64,000 nt of DNA from Eledone cirrhosa (taxonomy: Eukaryota), in the NCBI GenBank assembly GCA_964016885.1, contig OZ024744.1:130882001-130946000 (forward strand), given 5' to 3'. The position numbers and the translations under genes are program-made. The notes beneath the pieces were generated by a model. It was not told where the DNA came from, ran no database searches, and saw only the letters and a program-made list of their open reading frames with translations. Of the stretch, positions 1 to 9,991 are shown in pieces. Numbering within the stretch: position 1 is the stretch's first letter; the number at the start of each line of letters is the position of its first letter.

Positions 1-674
1 GGGTTAAGTTAAGTTGGGGTTAAGTTAAGTTGGGGTTAAGTTAAGTTAGGTTTAAGTTAAGTTGGGGTTAAGTTAAGTTGGGGTTAAGTTAAGTTGGGGT
101 TAAGTTAAGTTGGGGTTAAGTTAAGTTGGGGTTAAGTTAATTTGTGGTTAAGTTAAGTTGTGGTTAAGTTAAGTTGGGGTTAAGTTAAGTTGGGCTTAAG
201 TTAAGTCGGGGTTAAGTTAAGTTGGGGTTAAGTTAAGTTGGGGTTAATTTAAGTTGGGGTTAAGTTAAGTTGGGGTTAAGTTAAGTTGGGTTTAAGTTAA
301 GTTGGGGTTAAGTTAAGTTGAGGTTAAGTTAAGTTGGGGTTAAATTAAGTTGGGGTTAAGTTAAGTTGGGGTTAAGTTAAGTTGGGGTTAAGTTAAGTTG
401 GGGTTAAGTTAAGTTGGGGCTAAGTTAAGTTGGGGCTGAGTTAAGTTGGGGTTAAGTTAAATTGGGGTTAAGTTAAGTTGGGGTTAAGTTAAGTTGGGGT
501 TAAGTTAAGTTGGGGTTTATTTAAGTTGGGGTTAAGTTAAGTTGGGGTTAAGTTAAGTTGGGGTTAAGTTAAGTTGGTTAGTTAAGTTGAGTTTAAGTTA
601 AGTTGGGGTTAATTTAATTTGGGGTTAAGTTAAGTTGGGGTTAAGTTAAGTTGGGGTTAAGTTAAGTTGGGGTT

Positions 675-851
675 AACCCCAACTTAACTTAACCCCAACT
701 TCACTCAACCCCAACGTAACTCAACCCCAACTTAACTTAACCCCAACTTCACTCAACCCCAACTTAACTTAACCCCAACTTCACTCAACCCGAACTTCCA
801 ACTTGACTTAACCCCAACTTAACTTAGCCCCAACTTAACTTAAGCCCAAAG
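675..851 (-). repeat. Inverted satellite block 1 (177 bp)
   Basis: AACCCCAACTTAACTT units between the GGGGTTAACCCC and AAGCCCAAAG junctions; carries the CCCGAAC marker. Confidence 0.95.
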
Positions 852-1689
852 TCGGGGTTAAGTTAAGTTGGCGTTAAGTTAAGTTAGGCTTAACTTAAGT
901 TGGGGTTCAGTTAAGTTGGGGGTAAGTTAAGTTGGGGGTAAGTTAAGTTGGGGGTAAGTTAAGTTGGGGTTAAGTTAAGTTGCGGTTAAGTTGGGGTTAA
1001 GTTAAGTTAGGGTTAAGTTAAGTTGGGGTTGAGTTAAGTTGGGGTTAATTAAGTGGTGGTTATGTTAAGTTGGGGTTAAGTTAAGTTGGGGTTAAGTTAA
1101 GTTGGGGTTAAGTTAAGTTGGGGTAAAGTTGGGGTTGAGTTAAGTTGGGGTTGAGTGAAGTTGGGGTTAAGTTAAGTTGGGGTTAAGTTAAGTTGGGGTT
1201 AAGATAAGTCGGGGTTAAGTTAAGTTGTGGTTGAGTTAAGTTGGGGTTAATTTAAGTTGGGGCTAAGTTAATTTGTGGTTAAGTTAAGTTGGGGTTAAGT
1301 TAAGTTGGGGTTAAGTTAAGTTGGGGTTGAATTAAGTTGGGGTTGAGTTAATTTGGGGTTAAGTTAAGTTGGGGTTAAGTTAAGTTGGGTTTAAGTTAAG
1401 TTGGGGTTAAATTAAGTTGGGGTTAAATTAAGTTGGGGTTAAGTTAAGTTGGGGGTAAGTTAAGTTGGGGGCAAGTTAAGTTGGGGTTAATTTAAGTTGG
1501 GGTTAAATTAAGTTGGGGTTACGTTAAGTTGGTGTTAAGTTAAGTTGGGGTTAATTTAAGTTGGGGTTAATTAAGTTGGGGTTAAGTTAAGTTGGGGTTA
1601 AGTTAAGTTGGGGTTAATTTAAGTTGGGGTTGAGTTAAGTTGGGGTTAAGTTAAGTTGGGGTTAATTTAAGTTGGGGTTAAGTTAAGTT

Positions 1690-2135
1690 GGGGTTCAGTT
1701 AAGTTGGGGTTAAGTTAAGTTGGGGTTAAGTTAAGTTGAGGTTAAGTTAAGTTGGGGTTAAGTTAAGTTGGTGTTAAGTTAAGTTGGGGCTAAGTTAAGT
1801 TGGGGCTGAGTTAAGTTGGGGCTGAGTTAAGTTGGGGCTAAGTTAAGTTGGGGTTGAGTTAAGTTGGGGTTAAGTTAAGTTGGGGTTAAGTTAAGTTGGG
1901 GTTAAGTTAAGTTGGGGTTCAGTTAAGTTGGGGTTAAGTTAAGTTGGGGTTAAGTTAAGTTGAGGTTAAGTTAAGTTGGGGTTAAGTTAAGTTGGTGTTA
2001 AGTTAAGTTGGGGCTAAGTTAAGTTGGGGCTGAGTTAAGTTGGGGCTGAGTTAAGTTGGGGCTAAGTTAAGTTGGGGTTGAGTTAAGTTGGGGTTAAGTT
2101 AAGTTGGGGTTAAGTTAAGTTGGGGTTAAGTTAAG
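1690..2135 (+). repeat. Local higher-order repeat, two copies of 224 bp (14 units)
   Basis: The variant series gttcag-gaggtt-ggtgtt-ggct-gctg-gctg-ggct-gttg is repeated, with the marker C at 1696 and 1920. The same pair recurs at 34227 and 34451. Confidence 0.8.
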
Positions 2136-3463
2136 TTAGGTTTAAGTTAAGTTGGGGTTAAGTTAAGTTGGGGTTAAGTTAAGTTGGGGTTAAGTTAAGT
2201 TGGGGTTAAGTTAAGTTGGGGATAAGTTAAGTTGGGGATAATTTAAGTTGGGGTTAAGTTAAGTTGGGTTTAAGTTAAGTTGGGGTTAAGTTAAGTTGGG
2301 GTTAAGTTAAGTTGGGGCTAAGTTAAGTTGGGGCTGAGTTAAGTTGGGGTTAAGTTAAATTGGGGTTAAGTTAAGTTGGGGTTAAGTTAAGTTGGGGTTA
2401 AGTTAAGTTGGGGTTTATTTAAGTTGGGGTTAAGTTAAGTTGGGGTTCAGTTAAGTTGGGGTTCAGTTAAGTTGGGGTTAAGTTAAGTTGGGGTTTAGAT
2501 GGGGTTAAATTAAGTTGGGGTTAAGTTAAGTTGGGGTTAAGTTAAGTTGGGGTTAAGCTAAGTTGGGGTTAAGTTAAGTCGGGGTTAAGTTAAGTCGGGG
2601 TTAAGTTAAGTTAGGGTTCAGTTAAGTTGGGGTTAAGTTAAGTTGGTGTTAAGTTAAGTTGGGGCTAAGTTAAGTTGGGGCTGAGTTAAGTTGGGGCTGA
2701 GTTAAGTTGGGGCTAAGTTAAGTTGGGGTTGAGTTAAGTTGGGGTTAAGTTAAGTTGGGGTTAAGTTAAGTTGGGGTTAAGTTAAGTTAGGTTTAAGTTA
2801 AGTTGGGGTTAAGTTAAGTTGGGGTTAAGTTAAGTTGGGGTTAAGTTAAGTTGGGGTTAAGTTAAGTTGGGGTTAAGTTAATTTGTGGTTAAGTTAAGTT
2901 GTGGTTAAGTTAAGTTGGGGTTAAGTTAAGTTGGGCTTAAGTTAAGTCGGGGTTAAGTTAAGTTGGGGTTAAGTTAAGTTGGGGTTAAGTTAAGTTGGGT
3001 TTAAGTTAAGTTGGGGTTAAGTTAAGTTGAGGTTAAGTTAAGTTGGGGTTAAATTAAGTTGGGGTTAAGTTAAGTTGGGGTTCAGTTAAGTTGGGGTTAA
3101 GTTAAGTTGGGGATAAGTTAAGTTGGGGTTGAGTGAAGTTGGGGTTAAGTTAAGTTGGGTTTAAGTTAAGTTGGGGTTAAGTTAAGTTGGGGTTAAGTTA
3201 AGTTGGGGCTAAGTTAAGTTGGGGCTGAGTTAAGTTGGGGTTAAGTTAAATTGGGGTTAAGTTAAGTTGGGGTTAAGTTAAGTTGGGGTTAAGTTAAGTT
3301 GGGGTTTATTTAAGTTGGGGTTAAGTTAAGTTGGGGTTAAGTTAAGTTGGGGTTAAGTTAAGTTGGTTAATTAAGTTGAGTTTAAGTTAAGTTGGGGTTA
3401 ATTTAAGTTGGGGTTAAGTTAAGTTGGGGTTAAGTTAAGTTGGGGTTAAGTTAAGTTGGGGTT

Positions 3464-3640
3464 AACCCAAACTTAACTTAACCCCAACTTCACTCAACCC
3501 CAACGTAACTCAACCCCAACTTAACTTAACCCCAACTTCACTCAACCCCAACTTAACTTAACCCCAACTTCACTCAACCCCAACTTCCAACTTGACTTAA
3601 CCCCAACTTAACTTAGCCCCAACTTAACTTAAGCCCAAAG
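3464..3640 (-). repeat. Inverted satellite block 2 (177 bp)
   Basis: Reverse-complement units; AACCCAAAC start variant. Confidence 0.95.
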
Positions 3641-5964
3641 TCGGGGTTAAGTTAAGTTGGCGTTAAGTTAAGTTAGGCTTAACTTAAGTTGGGGTTCAGT
3701 TAAGTTGGGGGTAAGTTAAGTTGGGGGTAAGTTAAGTTGGGGGTAAGTTAAGTTGGGGTTAAGTTAAGTTGCGGTTAAGTTGGGGTTAAGTTAAGTTAGG
3801 GTTAAGTTAAGTTGGGGTTGAGTTAAGTTGGGGTTAATTAAGTGGTGGTTATGTTAAGTTGGGGTTAAGTTAAGTTGGGGTTAAGTTAAGTTGGGGTTAA
3901 GTTAAGTTGGGGTAAAGTTGGGGTTGAGTTAAGTTGGGGTTGAGTGAAGTTGGGGTTAAGTTAATTTGGGGTTAAGTTAAGTTGGGGTTAAGATAAGTCG
4001 GGGTTAAGTTAAGTTGTGGTTGAGTTAAGTTGGGGTTAATTTAAGTTGGGGCTAAGTTAATTTGTGGTTAAGTTAAGTTGGGGTTAAGTTAAGTTGGGGT
4101 TAAGTTAAGTTGGGGTTGAGTTAAGTTGGGGTTGAGTTAATTTGGGGTTAAGTTAAGTTGGGGTTAAGTTAAGTTGGGTTTAAGTTAAGCTGGGGTTAAA
4201 TTAAGTTGGGGTTAAATTAAGTTGGGGTTAAGTTAAGTTGGGGGTAAGTTAAGTTGGGGGCAAGTTAAGTTGGGGTTAATTTAAGTTGGGGTTAAATTAA
4301 GTTGGGGTTACGTTAAGTTGGTGTTAAGTTAAGTTGGGGTTAATTTAAGTTGGGGTTAATTAAGTTGGGGTTAAGTTAAGTTGGGGTTAAGTTAAGTTGG
4401 GGTTAATTTAAGTTGGGGTTGAGTTAAGTTGGGGTTAAGTTAAGTTGGGGTTATATTAAGTTGGGGTTAAGTTAAGTTGGGGTTCAGTTAAGTTGGGGTT
4501 AAGTTAAGTTGGGGTTAAGTTAAGTTGAGGTTAAGTTAAGTTGGGGTTAAGTTAAGTTGGTGTTAAGTTAAGTTGGGGCTAAGTTAAGTTGGGGCTGAGT
4601 TAAGTTGGGGCTGAGTTAAGTTGGGGCTAAGTGAAGTTGGGGTTGAGTTAAGTTGGGGTTAAGTTAAGTTGGGGTTAAGTTAAGTTGGGGTTAAGTTAAG
4701 TTAGGTTTAAGTTAAGTTGGGGTTAAGTTAAGTTGGGGTTAAGTTAAGTTGGGGTTAAGTTAAGTTGGGGTTAAGTTAAGTTGGGGTTAAGTTAATTTGT
4801 GGTTAAGTTAAGTTGTGGTTAAGTTAAGTTGGGGTTAAGTTAAGTTGGGCTTAAGTTAAGTCGGGGTTAAGTTAAGTTGGGGTTAAGTTAAGTTGGGGTT
4901 AATTTAAGTTGGGGTTAAGTTAAGTTGGGGTTAAGTTAAGTTGGGTTTAAGTTAAGTTGGGGTTAAGTTAAGTTGAGGTTAAGTTAAGTTGGGGTTAAAT
5001 TAAGTTGGGGTTAAGTTAAGTTGGGGTTAAGTTAAGTTGGGGTTAAGTTAAGTTGGGGATAAGTTAAGTTGGGGATAATTTAAGTTGGGGTTAAGTTAAG
5101 TTGGGTTTAAGTTAAGTTGGGGTTAAGTTAAGTTGGGGTTAAGTTAAGTTGGGGCTAAGTTAAGTTGGGGCTGAGTTAAGTTGGGGTTAAGTTAAATTGG
5201 GGTTAAGTTAAGTTGGGGTTAAGTTAAGTTGGGGTTAAGTTAAGTTGGGGTTTATTTAAGTTGGGGTTAAGTTAAGTTGGGGTTCAGTTAAGTTGGGGTT
5301 CAGTTAAGTTGGGGTTAAGTTAAGTTGGGGTTTAGATGGGGTTAAATTAAGTTGGGGTTAAGTTAAGTTGGGGTTAAGTTAAGTTGGGGTTAAGCTAAGT
5401 TGGGGTTAAGTTAAGTCGGGGTTAAGTTAAGTCGGGGTTAAGTTAAGTTAGGGTTCAGTTAAGTTGGGGTTAAGTTAAGTTGGGGTTGAGTTAAGTTGGG
5501 GTTGAGTTAAGTTGGGGTTAAGTTAAGTTGGGGTTAAGTTAAGTTGCAGTTAAGTTAAGTTGAGGTTAAGTTAAGGTGCGGTTAAGTTAAGTTGGGGTTA
5601 AGTTAAGTTGGGGCTAAGTTAAGTTGGGGCTAAGTTAAGTTGGGGCTAAGTTAAGTTGGGGTTAAGTTAAGTCGGGGTTAAGTTAAGTTGGGGTTAAGTT
5701 AATTTGGGGTTAATTTAAGTTGGGGTTAAGTTAAGTTGGGGTTAAGTTAAGTTGGGGTTAAGTTAAGTTGGGGTTGAGTTAAGTTGGGTTTAAGTTAAGT
5801 TGGGGTTAAGTTAAGTTGGGGTCAAGTTAAGTTGGGGTTAAGTTAAGTTGGTTAGTTAAGTTGAGTTTAAGTTAAGTTGGGGTTAATTTAAGTTGGGGTT
5901 AAGTTAAGTTGGGGTTCAGTTAAGTTGGGGTTAAGTTAAGTTGGGGTTAAGTTAAGTTGGGGTT

Positions 5965-6166
5965 AACCCAAACTTAACTTAACCCCAACTTCACTCAACC
6001 CCAACGTAACTCAACCCCAACTTAACTTAACCCCAACTTCACTCAACCCCAACTTAACTTAACCCCAACTTCACTCAACACCAACTTAAGTCAACCCCAA
6101 CTTAACTTAACCCCAACTTGACTTAACCCCAACTTAAATTAGCCCCAACTTAACCTAAGCCCAAAG
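5965..6166 (-). repeat. Inverted satellite block 3 (202 bp)
   Basis: Reverse-complement units; AACCCAAAC start variant. Confidence 0.95.
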
Positions 6167-6956
6167 TCGGGGTTAAGTTAAGTTGGCGTTATGTTAAGTC
6201 AGGCTTAACTTAAGTTGGGGTTCAGTTAAGTTAGGGGTAAGTTAAGTTGGGGGTAAGTTAAGTTGGGGTTAAGTTAAGTTGCGGTTAAGTTGGGGTTAAG
6301 TTAAGTTAGGGTTAAGTTAAGTTGGGGTTGAGTTAAGTTGGGGTTAATTAAGTGGTGGTTATGTTAAGTTGGGGTTAATTTAAATTGGGGTTAAGTTAAC
6401 TTTGTGGTTAAGTTAAGTTGGGGTTAAGTTAAGTTGGGGTTAAGTTGGGGTTGAGTTAAGTTGGGGTTGAGTGAAGTTGGGGTTAAGTTAAGTTGGGGTA
6501 AAGTTAAGTTGGGGTTAAGTTAAGTCGGGGTTAAGTTAAGTTGTGGTTGAGTTAAGTTGGGGTTAATTTAAGTTGGGGCTAAGTTAATTTGTGGTTAAGT
6601 TAAGTTGGGGTTGAGTTAAGTTGGGGTTAAGTTAAGTTGGGGTCAAGTTAAGTTGGGGTTAAGTTGGGGTTAAGTTAAGTTAGGTTTAAGTTAAGTTGGG
6701 GTTAAGTTAAGTTGGGGTTAAGTTAAGTTGGGGTTAAGTTAAGTTGGGGTTAAGTTAAGTTGGGGTTAAGTTAAATTGGGGTTAAGTTAAGTTGGGTTTA
6801 AGTTAAGTTGGGGTTAAGTTAAGTTGGGGTCAAGTTAAGTTGGGGTTAAGTTAAGTTGGTTAGTTAAGTTGAGTTTAAGTTAAGTTGGGTCTAATTTAAG
6901 TTGGGGTTAAGTTAAGTTGGGGTTAAGTTAAGTTGGGGTTAAGTTAAATTGGGGTT

Positions 6957-7158
6957 AACCCCAACTTAACTTAACCCCAACTTCACTCAACCCCAACGTA
7001 ACTCAACCCCAACTTAACTTAACCCCAACTTCACTCAACCCCAACTTAACTTAACCCCAACTTCACTCAACCGCAACTTAAGTCAACCCCAACTTAACTT
7101 AACCCCAACTTGACTTAACCCCAACTTAACTTAGCCCCAACTTAACTTAAGCCCAAAG
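6957..7158 (-). repeat. Inverted satellite block 4 (202 bp)
   Basis: Reverse-complement units; AACCGCAAC variant. Confidence 0.95.
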
Positions 7159-7355
7159 TCGGGATTAAGTTAAGTTGGCGTTAAGTTAAGTTGGGGTTAA
7201 GTTAAGTTGGGTTTAAGTTAAGTTGGGGTTAAGTTAAGTTGGGGTCAAGTTAAGTTGGGGTTAAGTTAAGTTGGTTAGTTAAGTTGAGTTTAAGTTAAGT
7301 TGGGGTTAATTTAAGTTGGGGTTAAGTTAAGTTGGGGTTAAGTTAAGTTGGGGTT

Positions 7356-7509
7356 AACCCCAACTTAACTTAACCCCAACTTCACTCAACCCCAACTTAA
7401 CTTAACCCCAACTTCACTCAACCCCAACTTAAGTCAACCCCAACTTAACTTAACCCCAACTTGACTTAACCCCAACTTAAATTAGCCCCAACTTAACTTA
7501 AGCCCAAAG
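7356..7509 (-). repeat. Inverted satellite block 5 (154 bp)
   Basis: Reverse-complement units; three units shorter than the 202-bp form. Confidence 0.95.
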
Positions 7510-8272
7510 TCGGGGTTAAGTTAAGTTGGCGTTATGTTAAGTCAGGCTTAACTTAAGTTGGGGTTCAGTTAAGTTGGGGGTAAGTTAAGTTGGGGGTAAG
7601 TTAAGTTGGGGTTAAGTTAAGTTGCGGTTAAGTTGGGGTTAAGTTAAGTTAGGGTTAAGTTAAGTTGGGGTTGAGTTAAGTTGGGGTTAATTAAGTGGTG
7701 GTTATGTTAAGTTGGGGTTAATTTAAATTGGGGTTAAGTTAACTTTGTGGTTAAGTTAAGTTGGGGTTAAGTTAAGTTGGGGTTAAGTTGGGGTTGAGTT
7801 AAGTTGGGGTTGAGTGAAGTTGGGGTTAACTTAAGTTGGGGTAAAGTTAAGTTGGGGTTAAGTTAAGTCGGGGTTAAGTTAAGTTGTGGTTGAGTTAAGT
7901 TGGGGTTAATTTAAGTTGGGGCTAAGTTAATTTGTGGTTAAGTTAAGTTGGGGTTAAGTTAAGTTGGGGTTAAGTTAAGTTGGGGTTGAGTTAAGTTGGG
8001 GTTAAGTTAAGTTGGGGTTAAGTTAAGTCGGGGTTAAGTTAAGTTGGGGTTAAGTTAAGTTGGGGTTAATTTAAGTTGGGGTTAAGTTAAGTTGGGGTTA
8101 AGTTAAGTTGGGTTTAAGTTAAGTTGGGGTTAAGTTAAGTTGGGGTTAAGTTAAGTTGGGGTTAAGTTAAGTTGGTTAGTTAAGTTGAGTTTAAGTTAAG
8201 TTGGGGTTAATTTAAGTTGGGGTTAAGTTAAGTTGGGGTTAAGTTAAGTTGGGGTTAAGTTAAGTTGGGGTT

Positions 8273-8449
8273 AACCCCAACTTAACTTAACCCCAACTTC
8301 ACTCAACCCCAACGTAACTCAACCCCAACTTAACTTAACCCCAACTTCACTCAACCCCAACTTAACTTAACCCCAACTTCACTCAACCCCAACTTCCAAC
8401 TTGACTTAACCCCAACTTAACTTAGCCCCAACTTAACTTAAGCCCAAAG
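8273..8449 (-). repeat. Inverted satellite block 6 (177 bp)
   Basis: Reverse-complement units with conserved junctions. Confidence 0.95.
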
Positions 8450-9814
8450 TCGGGGTTAAGTTAAGTTGGCGTTAAGTTAAGTTAGGCTTAACTTAAGTTG
8501 GGGTTCAGTTAAGTTGGGGGTAAGTTAAGTTGGGGGTAAGTTAAGTTGGGGGTAAGTTAAGTTGGGGTTAAGTTAAGTTGCGGTTAAGTTGGGGTTAAGT
8601 TAAGTTAGGGTTAAGTTAAGTTGGGGTTGAGTTAAGTTGGGGTTAATTAAGTGGTGGTTATGTTAAGTTGGGGTTAAGTTAAGTTGGGGTTAAGTTAAGT
8701 TGGGGTTAAGTTAAGTTGGGGTAAAGTTGGGGTTGAGTTAAGTTGGGGTTGAGTGAAGTTGGGGTTAATTTAAGTTGGGGCTAAGTTAATTTGTGGTTAA
8801 GTTAAGTTGGGGTTAAGTTAAGTTGGGGTTAAGTTAAGTTGGGGTTGAGTTAAGTTGGGGTTGAGTTAATTTGGGGTTAAGTTAAGTTGGGGTTAAGTTA
8901 AGTTGGATTTAAGTTAAGTTGGGGTTAAATTAAGTTGGGGTTAAATTAAGTTGGGGTTAAGTTAAGTTGGGGGTAAGTTAAGTTGGGGGCAAGTTAAGTT
9001 GGGGTTAAGTTAAGTTGGGGCTAATTTAAGTTGTGGCTGAGTTAAGTTGGGGTTAAGTTAAGTTGGGGTTAAGTTAAGTTGGGGTTAAGTTAAGTTGGGG
9101 TTAAGTTAAGTTGGGGTTTATTTAAGTTGGGGTTAAGTTAAGTTGGGGTTCAGTTAAGTTGGGGTTCAGTTAAGTTGGGGTTAAGTTAAGTTGGGGTTAA
9201 GATGGGGTTAAATTACGTTGGAGTTAAGTTAAGTTGGGGTTAAGTTAAGTTGGGGTTAAGTTAAGTTGGGGTTAAGTTAAGTCGGGGTTAATTTAAGTCG
9301 GGGTTAAGTTAAGTTAGGGTTCAGTTAAGTTGGGGTTAAGTTAAGTTGGGGTTGAGTTAAGTTGGGGTTGAGTTAAATTGGGGTTGAGTTAAGTTGGGGT
9401 TGAGTTAAGTTGGTGTTGAGTTAAGTTGGGGTTAAGTTAAATTGGGGTTAAATTAAGTTGCAGTTAAGTTAAGTTGAGGTTAAGTTAAGGTGCGGTTAAG
9501 TTAAGTTGGGGTTAAGTTAAGTTGGGGCTAAGTTAAGTTGGGGCTAAGTTAAGTTGGGGCTAAGTTAAGTTGGGGTTAAGTTAAGTTGGGGTTAAGTTAA
9601 GTCGGGGTTAAGTTAAGTTGGGGTTAAGTTAAGTTGGAGTTAATTTAAGTTGGGGTTAAGTTAAGTTGGGGTTAAGTTAAGTTGGGTTTAAGTTAAGTTG
9701 GGGTTAAGTTAAGTTGGGGTTAAGTTAAGTTGGTTAGTTAAGTTGAGTTTAAGTTAAGTTGGGGTTAATTTAATTTGGGGTTAAGTTAAGTTGGGGTTAA
9801 GTTAAGTTGGGGTT

Positions 9815-9991
9815 AACCCCAACTTAACTTAACCCCAACTTCACTCAACCCCAACGTAACTCAACCCCAACTTAACTTAACCCCAACTTCACTCAACCCC
9901 AACTTAACTTAACCCCAACTTCACTCAACCCCAACTTCCAACTTGACTTAACCCCAACTTAACTTAGCCCCAACTTAACTTAAGCCCAAAG
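9815..9991 (-). repeat. Inverted satellite block 7 (177 bp)
   Basis: Reverse-complement units with conserved junctions. Confidence 0.95.

Larger units (their letters stand above)
1..8003 (+). repeat. Segmental duplication, copy A (partner at 32532-40534, offset 32,531)
   Basis: Five inversion junctions (675, 3464, 5965, 6957, 7356) recur at +32,531. The rare marker CCCGAACTTCC has its G at 792 and 33323. Confidence 0.9.

Noticed and set aside
675-851. Inverted blocks as MITE or piggyBac-type insertions at TTAA
   Set aside because: The blocks consist only of the satellite's reverse complement, have no terminal inverted repeats or target duplication of their own, and share flanking variants. 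They spread by segmental duplication rather than independent insertion.
675-851. Recombinase-driven invertible (phase-variation) switch
   Set aside because: I found no copy of the full cassette in the opposite orientation with its junctions, and no recombinase gene.
832-870. Rho-independent terminator or tRNA-like ncRNA at the junction hairpins
   Set aside because: There is no U-tract, upstream gene or cloverleaf. The pairing follows directly from the inversion.
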